This document shows positions 30,509-42,325 of a stretch of DNA of 64,000 bases, one piece after another. This stretch comes from the human T2T-CHM13v2.0 reference genome, Homo sapiens: the NCBI RefSeq assembly GCF_009914755.1, contig NC_060935.1. One strand, written 5' to 3'. Position 1 is the stretch's first letter, and every line of letters starts with the position of its first letter. Position numbers and translations under genes: made by a program. The notes under the pieces were generated by a model that was given only the letters and a program-made list of their open reading frames with translations, did no database searches and was not told the origin of the DNA.

Positions 30509-30674
30509 AATTAATGAATTTATTTATTTTTTTGAGAAAGAGTCTCGCTCTGTCACCCAGATGGGGTTTCACCGTCTCTACTAAAAGGATGGTCTCGATC
30601 TCCTGACCTCGTGGTCCACCCGCCTCGGCCTCCCAAAGTGCTGGGATTACAGGCGTGAGCCACCACGCCCGGCC
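30509..30674 (-). mobile_element. AluY with ~143-bp internal deletion and inverted insert
   Basis: tgtcacccag|atggggtttcaccgt-ctctactaaa-aggatggtctcg; TSD taatttttaatt at 30497-30508 and 30675-30686. Confidence 0.9.
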
Positions 30675-30921
30675 TAATTTTTAATTTTTATGAGTACATA
30701 GTAGGTATATATTTATGGGGTACATGAGATATTTTGATACAGGCATGCAATGCATAATAATCACATAATGGAGAATGGACTATCTATCCACTCAAGCATT
30801 TATCCTTTGTGTTACAAACAATCCAATTGTACTTTTTTAGATATTTTTAAATGTACAATTAAATTATTATTGACTATAGTCACTCTGTTGTACTATCAAA
30901 TACTTGGTCTTATTCATTCTT
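30675..30921 (-). mobile_element. L1MA-type 3' end (its tail hosts the AluY)
   Basis: gtacatagtaggtatatatttatggggtacatgagatattttgatacaggcatgcaatg. Confidence 0.85.
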
Positions 30922-31863
30922 ACTGCTGCCTAAAAATCAAATAATTAAAATTTTGTTTGAATTATTATATAAATGGTTTTCTATTTTTCCTTCTCTTTTG
31001 AGGGAAGGATCTTTTACTAATTTTAGTAAAAATGGCCCTTTTCCTAATTTTACTAAAAATACCAATCTTCTCATAGACTCCCCTTGCTTATAAATGGAGT
31101 CTCATAGATTCCACATCCTTACACCAATCTTCTCATAGGCTCCATTTGCTTACAAATTTGATAGCTGTATCTATATACTGAGCTCATTCTTACCCTAAAT
31201 TAAAATGCAAAAATATTCACTAGAATAAGAAATACATCCGTAGAATAAGAATATTTCTAGAGCCTTGGTTTAAAAATATGCTTTCAAGAAATTTGACTTT
31301 TCCTATGACCCAAATATTCTTTAAGCTCCTCACTTCCCTGGGATGTGCACCACCTAATTGAAGTAGTTTCATAACCACAGCATTCCGCACGTGTTTAATG
31401 ACACAAGTAGCACATCAGTCACTTGGCTAATAAGCCTTCTCTGAAGCCTGTGGAAACAGAGGAAAATGCTCCCTTTATTCTTCCACTGTGTATTACGTTC
31501 CCCAAGCATGTATTATTATTATTCTTATTACCCAGTTGAACTAGTCTAATTTGCAGTTGGATAAATCATAAGCCAGTTGATTCTCAAGCCTCCCAAGTTA
31601 TTACTTTACTTCATCCAAAGATTTTACAGCAGAGAACACTGGGGATATTCCAGATGACTTGAAATTATTTTTTTTTCTCACTCTCTAAAGCTATAAAAGT
31701 GCAAAAACTCTTATGTAGAGAAACATTTCCATAAATAATTAGTACTCCATTGCATTGGTCAAAAGAAATGCTTAAAGTAATCCATAAAAAGGAAAAATTA
31801 ACTCATTGGATGGGGCTGGGTTTTTTAGATATTGGAATACATTGATTCCTAAATGGATCTTTG

Positions 31864-32392
31864 GAGTGTACATTTCTTGGCTTGGCCACCCAGTGTCCAG
31901 CTCACCTTTCTATAATGATAATATTTTAATTGAGTGAGAAGTATAAAACCTATCCCTCCATGCTACAAGGAATGCTTTGGTTACTTCATGTCCAACAATG
32001 AAGCCTGAGCCTAAGCTGATATTCAATTCCATTACTATGTCCCAGAAATTGAATCAATGAAATTTACATCACCTAACTTACTCCCTTGAGAAAAAGGATG
32101 TTTGCTGAGTGGCTGAGATTAGGGATCATGCAGATTTAGGATCCTATGGCAGCTATCTTGGGCCAAAGACAGAAAAAGTGGGCTGACAGTAAAGCAGACT
32201 CTAAAACTAAATCTCAAAAGTGGAAAAGGGGGAGGAAAACTTGTTCTAGTCCTACCACTTGACCAATTGGACAAATCGTCACTTACAGTCAAATTGCCCT
32301 CTGGAATTTTCAGTTGTGACAGCCATTCATTGTTTAAACCAGATTGATTTGAGTCACTTTTCTTTTTTTTGTAAATAAACATATCTTAATAC
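31864..32392 (+). mobile_element. Old MLT1 (K/L-like) LTR
   Basis: cctaagctga, tggcagctatcttg, ctggaattttcagttgtgacagcc and tgtttaaaccag motifs. Confidence 0.55.
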
Positions 32393-33022
32393 TCTATTTT
32401 TATGCAGTTCTGAGACTATGTAAATATTCTAGTGATAGACATATCTATACAAAATAAATTAACCCTGGGTGTACTAAACACTAGTTTCAAGAGTGTGACG
32501 ATAAGTAAGACATTATCTCCACCTTCAACCTACAGTAAAGTTCTCTTCCCAAGTCTCTTGTTGACACTAGGGAGTCTTGTTCTTCACTTTCTTATATTAA
32601 CTGCACAAAAAAACACAGATATATCTGTTATGATTCTAGTTCTCAGGCAAGCAGTATTCAATTTTAGTATTAATCACTATTGGTAAACAGCTTCAGAGAT
32701 GTAAAGAGTATGGTGTTTATAAGACCATCACATTCATTCTATTTATGTAGGTATGACTCAGAAAAAAAAATAGGGTTTCATAATGTTCATCAAGAAAGAG
32801 CATGGTCCTAGGACTCAGCAGATTTCTTGTTGTTCTGTCCTTGCCTTTTGAGTACAACAATGGAACTGCTGGGAAAATCAGTGTCCTACAAAGGAATTTA
32901 ATTACTCCAAATGGCCCCTAATGTCCCACCCAGCTTCAGTAGTATATAGTTTTGCTACGTATAATTTCTAAATGCATACACTGAAACCTTCATTTTTATA
33001 AAATTTTAAAAAATGTTACGAC

Positions 33023-33570
33023 TGTTGTCATTATCTAATGCTGTGTGACAAACCACCTCAAAATTTAGTGGCCTTAAAAAATTTAGGCCACTTGAAGGCT
33101 GAGATTAGAATTATCTGAAGGATTATTTGCTCATATGTCTGGAGCTTGGGATGAGAAGGCTCAAATAGCAGAGAGACAGAAGAGCTAGGGTTCCTTGGAT
33201 TTTCCTTCTCTTCATGTCTGTCTCCATCTATCTGTCCATGTCCATGTCCACGTCCATCTGTACCTCCAGCTTTATTTGTAGCTCTAGCTGTATCATCTCT
33301 ATTGCTGGTCTGTCTGCTATGGCAGCTCAGAGCTGCTGGGGCAAACGCCCCAAGAGGGAGACAAGCAGAAGCTACATAACTTTTTAGGACTTAACCTCTG
33401 AAGCCATGCAGCACCACATCCACTATAATCCACAAGAATCGGGACAGTCACAATGACCCCCTCCTTTTCCAAGAGAGGGGAAACAAAACCTGCTATTGAT
33501 GGAACAAAATTTTGGAAAAGTGGATAAGACCACAAATATTGTTGCAATAATTTTTGATAAATCTGCCCAA
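33023..33570 (-). mobile_element. MLT1H/G-like LTR with internal (TCCATG)n-like repeat
   Basis: tatctaatgctgtgtgacaaaccacctcaaaatttagtggc; ctcatatgtctgg; atggcagctcag. Confidence 0.7.
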
Positions 33571-34859
33571 ATCACAAATATATATTTACATGTGAGTCAC
33601 ATATCTGTGTGTATTTTGACTTAGAATATTTTACTTCATTTTAGTCCCAGAAATGTATACATCTGCTTACTACATCTACTATTAGAATCTATCAGTATTT
33701 CTCAAAAACATACCACTATGCAGGCAGGAAGAAAGGCATATTCCTGATGTCTGCTAGGAGACAGCGTATAGCCAGTCTTGAATTAAAAATGTTCTTGCAT
33801 AATCTACATTCTAGAAAATTAAGAGGAGAGAGTTTTTGCATTTGTGAGAGTTGAGTAGGATTAAAAAAAAACTGCTCTACTTTTTTTCTCAAATTCATCA
33901 AAGAGAGCTACATTTATATTATATTTTTAATGACCCAAGTGCATGCTTGCTTTTGATTTTCTCTTCATCCCTTTAAGAAAACTGGATATGGTTGTTTTCA
34001 AAATATACAGCTAACTTTCAGGGCACCTCACTCCAACTTCAGTCAACTTTTACTCCTCACCCCCACACAGTTTTTTCCAATAGACTGATAAGTTGTCAAT
34101 AATAAAAGTCAATTTCATAGTTGGTCAGAGATACATTTCAACAGGTTCAGAAGACAGAGACACTTAATTTTCACACTGTACCCTGTTGGTGCTACTAGTC
34201 CTGCGACAGGCTTCAAGGGACATCTCTCACCTGTCAGTTTTTATTGTCATCCCCAGACCCTGTAATAGTAGGTCTAACCATGAAGACAGAGGGAAACAAA
34301 CAAACCGTGAGCACACCAGTTGTTTCTTTATTTCATCTTCACTGATCCCTCTCTCTCATTATTGATGGAAACAGCTTTACTCCAACATTGACCTTGTTGT
34401 GTAAAGGACAACTAAGTTGTATATTGTCAAACTCTTTCTGACAGAACAGAAGCCTTGAAGACTGTGCCATTCCTTTCTGTGACACAATTAAAGTCTGCTG
34501 TTCAGAGGAGCAAATGGAGCTGTCATCCAAAGCAGTAAATACTATGAAACTAGCAGGCATTGCAGTTTTCTGCACGGATTTTAGTATTCCATTTGAACCT
34601 TTGGTTTTAAGATACAGCATCTCATGCTTAGAGTAATTCAACATTCAGATCTCAACTTTGCCAGCATATGGCGAGAAAATCAACATGCTATTCTAATTGT
34701 ATGGGATCTTAAGACAAAGCTTTGATTTAGATATTATATTGCTGGATACCACATTCAACAGGACTGATAAGCACCTTTGCTCTTAACTCTGCCAGGGTGC
34801 AGTAGCCTAGAATTCCATGCCTGGGAATAATATTTTTGATTATTTTGGAAAAAAATTAC

Positions 34860-35050
34860 ATCAGGTACATCTGGATCTGAACCCTCTTTCTGCTAATTAC
34901 CAGTTTTTTTATCATGAGCAAGTGACTTAATAACCTGTGTCTTGGCTTCCTTATTTGTAAAATGGGAAGAATAATAGCTATATGTAAATGTGCTTCTGAG
35001 AATGCTCACTAAACAATAATAGATGATACAAGAGTAAGAAATGTAGTAAA
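34860..35050 (+). mobile_element. MIR
   Basis: gagcaagtgacttaa...cttccttatttgtaaaatggg. Confidence 0.65.
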
Positions 35051-35439
35051 ATTATAAATTATATTGTGTATCCTATAGTATATATAATCTGATATTTTAT
35101 ATTATCATAATTATCATTACTGTTTCCATTATTATGACTATTTCTAGACTGCTAAAATTATACTTTCTATCTTGATTTTGATTGATAATAAAATTATATG
35201 ATAATGATAAATTCATCAGCACTTTCAGAAATACATGTTCTCCACCCCTACTTATTTATTAATGCTTTAAGCATTCCTTTCTGTGTCTAACCTTCCTATA
35301 CCTATTACTCAAGTCAGCCAGAGTTCTTGCTCTCAATTCTGAACTCTCACTATATCTGAAGTAATTCAATTGTAGCACTTACACATTCTATATTTTTGTT
35401 TTACTATTTATATTTTATTTTCTTCTCTCTTTCTCTCTC

Positions 35440-36625
35440 CTGTTATAAAGTAAAGGGTGCTCTCTGTCTCCCCTGCCTTCTCCTCTGCACAACGGAGCAC
35501 AGCTGGAAAAATTCATGGAACTGCCCTGACTTGCCTCACTTAAAATGCATGACCACCAAGGTCAAGGGAGACCCAGTACCGCCGGTCAATCCTATATTTC
35601 TGATCCTTTCACTTTTTAAATAGCTGTTTCATACTTTCTCTCTTCTCATCAAATTTCCAAAGTCTCTTTCTTCAGCATCTCAGCTAATAACTTGCTTTCT
35701 CTCTGACTAAACAGAGGATTGATGAAAAATAGTGTTTCTGAGTTCTCATCACATATCTACATGCATCTGAGCCCTATTCTACCTTTCTTCCTGTGGGTGT
35801 GTCAATTTGTCTGTATACCTAATGCCAAACTTTTCACTTATTTGTCTTTTTAATCACTACCCAACCTCTCTCCCCTCTCCTGGGACTTAGCTTCAGCAGT
35901 TATTCCTCTCTGATGCTCACTGGTTCTTCCTTTTCTGCTGGACAATTCCCATCAGTGTACAAACATCCAGTTAAAATTCTGTCTTTGAAAAAAATCCCTC
36001 TCCAGACTTCACTGTCTTCCAACAACCATCTCAATTATCTGCTTCCCTTTACAGTAAAACTTCTCAAAATAGTTTACTGTGTTTTCTACCTGCACCTAAT
36101 TCTCTCTCCATTTCAACCTGGCTTCCTTCTCCACTATGCTGCTGAACTGCTCTTGTCAAAATCAAGAATGAACTGCATAGAGATAAGCATCTGACACGTT
36201 CTCTGTCTCCTACTTTTTATACTTGACCTGGGAAGATCCTACTTCAAGGCCCTTTGGATTGCATTCTCCTTTGCCTGTGCCTATTTTTCACACAGATATC
36301 ACTATTTCTCAATATTATTTGTCATATTTTTGTTCAAACTTTTTTCACTGTAGTTTTCTTAATTATACTTAAAAATTTCTACATCTCCCCACCTCTGTGT
36401 CCTACCTATATCCCTCCCCTGCTGCATTTTTTTCTATAGAACTTTTTGCTGTAAGTAGATATTCTACTCATTCATTTACTGTCTGTTTCCCCTCCTCCAC
36501 ACAGAAAAAAAATAGCCTCATAAGGAAAGCAACGTATTGTTTGTTTCACTATTGAAACTTCAGCACCTAGAATTATGTTGACATGTTGCACGTGCTCACT
36601 CAACTGTATATTTTGAATAAATTTA
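35440..36625 (+). mobile_element. L2a-like LINE fragments including 3' end
   Basis: gagcacagctggaaaaa, ctgcttccctttacagtaaaacttctcaaaatagtt, terminal cagcacctagaa...tttgaataaat. Confidence 0.7.
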
Positions 36626-36889
36626 TTAATTTATTGTCTCTATATTGCCAGATCCTGGCATCATGCCTTACAAAGTGCAGACTCTCAGTAAATGGTGGTT
36701 GTTATTAAATTTCTTAAGGTTTGCTTATACTATTCTCCCTGAAATAGGAAGACCTCATTTTGACTTTCATTTTATTTCCAAGACTTATATGACTTTTAGT
36801 ACTCTAAGAGATTGAAATGTACAAAAATAATGGTTTGAAGTCATAACACTGTTCAAAATAGAGGCATAAATTACTCTTTCTTTACTCCA

Positions 36890-38390
36890 CATCCTTTCCT
36901 ATTGCTTCATTTAGGCATTTTCCTCACAGCAAATATTTTTAAAACCTTTGTCTCTATTTATTACCTCCATTCCCTGACTTCCTTGTTGTTTGTTTTTTTA
37001 TTAGACTTTGTATGGATTTCCAACTCAACCAGTTTACTCAAATCACTATCGTTCAGGTTACCAGTGACCTTGGTGTGGATAAATCCAATGTTTCTATATC
37101 TTCCATTATCTAATTGACCTTGCAGCAAAAATTGAGACACATGAATACTTGCTCCTTGTGGAAATACAGTCTTTTCTTGACTTCTGTGTCACCATGGTTC
37201 TCTCAGCTATTTCACCAGCAATATCTCAGTTGCCTTGGTTATCTCCTTCTCTGTTTAAGTTATGAATGTAGGAGTACCCCAACACTGGGGGAAGCCCTCA
37301 TCAGTTTTTTATCTAAACTTTCTTCCAAGATGATCTTATTTTGTCCAATAGTTTTAAATAACATCTGTAAGCTAATAACCAAATTTTTAACTTCAGTCCT
37401 GATCTTTCTCTTGAGGTTAGACTCATTTTTAAACACGGTGTCTTGCATTGGATGTCTAATAACATTTCAAGATGAGTGTATCTCAGATGGTACTCTTGGT
37501 ATCTTACCTCCCATTTCTGCAAATTGCTCCTTCCATTCCCTTCTTCAAATCAGAAAAGGGCACCAACATCTATCTGAGGGCTTGCACCAAATACTTAACG
37601 GTTAAATCTTAATTCTTCTATTACTATCACCCCTACTCCTAATTAATTAACATGTCTTTTTGGTTTGGTGCCCAAAATATATCCACCAACTTTCGTCAAT
37701 TCCATTGTCACAATTGTTGTTCACTACTGGGGCCTGCTAAATGATCTGCCTGTACCCACATAACCCTTTACAGTCCAGAATACTTTTTTCCAAAAATTTA
37801 TATCCAATACTAACATTTTCTTGCTTTAAGTTTTCCAATGTCTTCCAGTGTCACTTAGAATAAAATTCAAACTCTTCCCATGTTCTGCAAAGCCCTGCAT
37901 AATCAGACCTCTGTCTTTCTCTCCAAACTTGTACTCTGCATTCCAGAAATCCTGGAGATCTTTTAATTCCTTGAGCATGGCACTTTGATTCTCTCCTATG
38001 GATGTTTAATTGTGTTCTTCCTTCATCTGGAAGATATTTCTCAAGCTTTCTTTTTCTTTTTTTTCCTTTAATGTCTGACTCTTTTCTTCACACAGATCTC
38101 ACTTCAAATGTGACCTTCTAAAAGAGGCCCTCTCCAACTCCACTATCTAAAGTACTAATCACTATTATAATTTCTTACTTTATTTCCTCCATAGCACCTA
38201 AGATTATGTGAATTAATTATGTTGATTGTACCTCAAGCTTATTATATTTAATAACTGATAAACTGTGCTTGTACAAGAACATAAGTACCTTGAGGACAGG
38301 AACATTATGTATCCTGTTCACAGCTGTTTCCTAAGAGCCTGGTACAGTGCATGCCAGAGGGAAGCTATCAATAAATATATTTGAATTAAT
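36890..38390 (+). mobile_element. L2 LINE 3' portion
   Basis: cacttagaataaaattcaaactc, gatctcacttcaaatgtgacct, terminal gcctggtacagtgc...tcaataaatatatttgaat. Confidence 0.75.
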
Positions 38391-38396
38391 ATATAA

Positions 38397-38697
<301 letters not shown>

Positions 38698-39114
38698 AAA
38701 TGGCATCTACTTTAGGCAGGCTGCTCCCTTGGGTTGTCCTTGTATGTGAGGTAGAGAGGATCATTCATGGGTTTCAATGTCCTTATATGTGAGATAGGGA
38801 GGATAATAGCAACTCTGCCAGGATGCCAAGAAGATCAGATATATAGAAATCAATGGCCCTTTCAGAATGCAGCCATTATTATTAATGAGACTTAGTTTAA
38901 TTCCAACCTTCATGCACCTTTTCCCTATTATTTCACTTATCATCCTTCTCTCTAATTGCTATTGCATTGTAAGTACTGCCCAGTTTAACATGTAATTGTC
39001 TGTAATTTTTGTTAGCTTATGTTACAACCTCCCAAAGATTATTAAATTCAGTAAATGTCAAATGTAGTGGAAAAGGAGATGCTTATTTCTATTATTAATC
39101 CTAATTTGTAGGAA

Positions 39115-39310
39115 CAGACTGTAGTAGAAAGCACATGGGTTTTCAAATCACATATAACTAGGTTTCCATCCTGATTTAGCAACTCTCACTTGTTATGTGA
39201 CTTAGGCCTCTGACTGATACACAGTCTTCTCCTTTATAGAATGCAGACAGTTATATACATCTTGTGAATGTATCAGCAGATTATGTTTGCCCAATAAATA
39301 ACAGCAATGG
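39115..39310 (+). mobile_element. MIR fragment
   Basis: gtagtagaaagcacatgggttttcaaatca...gttatgtgacttagg. Confidence 0.55.
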
Positions 39311-40100
39311 TATTAATAATAGAAATGATAATAAAATGATAGTGATAATATTTGATAAATTCGGCTTTAGAAAAGAAACTTGGCCCTCAATGTAACCATT
39401 GCTTTTGGTTCTCTATGTTAAAATATAAGATTCTTAATGATTTCCAAAAGCCTGCCCTGGAGCATTTAAGAGATATTATGTAATATTCTTCTCAAACATA
39501 AAAATAAGAATAGGAAAGATATTTGCCCTAAGCTCTAAGCCACAAAAATGAAAATGTGATAAGATATCATATAGGAAAAATAGACTCTAATGGCATACAT
39601 CCCAGTATAGAATTTAATTTTCATTTATCCTAAAAGCAGCTTCTGTGGATAATGGAAAATTGTAATTTTTAACATTAGAATAATCAAAGAGTAAGGCACC
39701 AAAAGGCAAGAGAAACCTTCGGTTACCTATTTGTTTATAACACATCTGCAAAACATTTGGATAAAAAAAGAGAAGTGAGCAAGTGAATCTGAAAGAGAAA
39801 CAAATTATAGAAGTCCCTAGATTCTAGAAAAAGGGAGAGAAAGTGGAAAAAAAATACATGATGATATACAGTGCATTTCTTCACATTAACATCTTGAAAT
39901 ACATGATTTGAATTTTAAAGTTCTATAAAATTCCCCAATTTTCTTAAGATCTCTGACTTGATCATTTCATGCAAGGTTGAGTTTGCTCAGTATGTACAGT
40001 TACAAAATGATGCCAGAATAAAATCTAATTGCCCAGGTTACCCCAGCAAATTTTGGAACCCATAGCAGAATTCCTTCTTTCTTATATTACAGTACATGCC

Positions 40101-42325
40101 TGTATTAGTCTGTTCTCATGCTGCTAATAAAGACATACCTGAGACTGGATAATTTATAAAGGAAAGAGGTTTAATTGACTCACAGTTTCATGTGGCTGGA
40201 GGGGCCTCATAATCATGGCGGAAGGCAAAGGAGGAGCAAAGACATGTCTTACATGGCAGCAGGGCAGAGAGCTTGTGCAGGGGAACTCCCATTTATAAAA
40301 CCATCAGATCTTGTAAGGCTTATTAATTATTACAGTAACATTATGGGGAAAACTGCCCCATGATTCAATTATCTATACCTGGCTCCACCCTTGACATGTG
40401 GGGATTATTACAATTCAAGATGAGATTTGGGTGGGGACACAGCCAAACCACATCATTCCACCCTGGCCCCTCCCAAATCTCATGTTCTCACATTTCAAAA
40501 CCAATCATGCCTTCCCAATAGTCCCCAAAGTCTTAACTTATTTCAGCATTAACTTAAGAGTCCACAGTCCAATGTCTCATCTGCCTATGATCCTGTAAAA
40601 TCAAAAGCACGATAGTTACTTACTAGATACAATGAGGGTATCAGCATTGGATAAATGCACCCATTCCAAATGGGAGAAACTGGCAAAACGAAGGGGCTAC
40701 TGGCCCCACACAAGTCCAAAATCAAATAGGACAGTCATTAAACCTTAACAATGTTCCAAATAATTGGACAGTTCCAAAATAATCTGCTTTGACTCCATAT
40801 CTCATATCCAGGGCATGTTGATGCAAGAGGTGGTCACCCATGACTTTGGACAGATCCACCCCTGTGGCTTTGCAGGGTAGAGCCCTTCTCCTGGCTGCTT
40901 TCACAGGCTAGCATTGAGTCAGCGTCTTTTCCAGGTGCACAGTGCAAGCTGTCAGTGGCCCTCTTCTCACGGTTCCACTAGGCAGTGCCTCCATTGCAAC
41001 TCTGTGTGGGGGCTCCAACCCCACATTTCCCTTCTGCCCTGACCTATCAGAGGTTCTCTATGAGGGCTCCACTCCTGCAGCAAGTTGCTGCCTGAACATT
41101 CAGGCATTTCCATACATCTTCTGAAATCTAGGTGGAGGTTCCCAAACCTCAATTCTTGACTTCTGTGTAGCAGCAATATGGTCAATACCACATCAAAGCT
41201 GCCAAGGCTTGAGGCTTGCACCCTCTGAAGCCATGGCTTGAGCTGTACCTTGGCTCCTTTTAGCCATGGCTAGAATGGCTGGGACGCAGGGCACCAAGTC
41301 CCTACACTGCACACAGTAGGGGGACCCTGGACTTGACCCATGAAACCATTTTTCCCTCCTATGCCTCCATGCCTGTGATGGGAGGGGCTGCTGCAAAGGT
41401 CTCTGACATGCCCTGGAGACATTTTCTCCATTGTCTTGGTGATTCACATTTGGTTCCTTGTTCCTTGTGCAAATTTCTGCAGCAGGCTTGAATTTCTCCC
41501 CAGAAAATGGGTTTTTTCTTTTCTATTGCATTGTCATCTGCAAATTTTTCAGACTTTTATGCTCTGCTTCATCTCGAATGCTTTGCCACTTAGAAATTTC
41601 TTCTGCCAGATACCCTAAATCATCTCTCTCAAGCTCAAAGTTTTACAAATCTCTAGGGCAGGGGCAAAATGCCACCAGTCTCTTTGCTAAAACATAGCAA
41701 AAGTGACATTTACTCCAGTTCCCAACAAGTTCCTCATTTCCATCTGAGACCACTTCAACCTGTACTTCATTGTCTATAATACTATCAGCACTTTGGTCAA
41801 AGCTATTCAACAATCTTTAGGAAGTTCCAAACATTCCCATATTTTTCTGTCCTCTTCTGAGAACTCCAAACTGTTCCATCCTCTGCCTGTTACCCAGTTC
41901 CAAAGTCGCTTCCACATTTTTGGGTATCTTTCCAGTAGCACACACTCTAATAGGACCAATTTACTGTATTAGTCCATTCTCACACTGCTAACAAAGACAT
42001 ACACAAGACTTGGTAATTTATAAAGGAAAGAGGTTTAACTGACTCACAGTTTCAGATGACTGGGGAGACCTCACTCTCATGGCACAAGGTGAATGAGGAG
42101 CGAAGTCATGTCTTACATGGTGGCAGTCAAGAGAGCATGTGTAGGGGACCTCCCTTTACAAAACCATCAGATTTTGTGAGACTTATTCACTATCGTAAGA
42201 ACAGCACAGGAAAAACTTGCCCCTTAATTCAATTACCACTCACCAGGTCCCTCCCACAACATGTGGGGATTATGGGAGCTACAATTTAAGATGAGATTTG
42301 GGTGGGCCACAGCCAAACCATATCA
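40101..42325 (-). mobile_element. Full-length THE1 (THE1C/D-type) ERVL-MaLR provirus: LTR 40101-40455, internal 40456-41964, LTR 41965-42325
   Basis: Both LTRs run tgtattagtc...cagccaaacca(c/t)atca; the internal part matches THE1-int (ggcccctcccaaatctcatg...ccaatttac); 5-bp TSD atgcc/atacc. Confidence 0.95.

Noticed and set aside
34339-34644. 101-aa minus-strand ORF in unique DNA
   Set aside because: No recognisable homology or exon structure; length is within chance for a 64-kb window.
37114-37605. 163-aa ORF
   Set aside because: It lies inside a decayed L2, has low-complexity Leu/Ser/Phe composition, and shows no recognisable domain.
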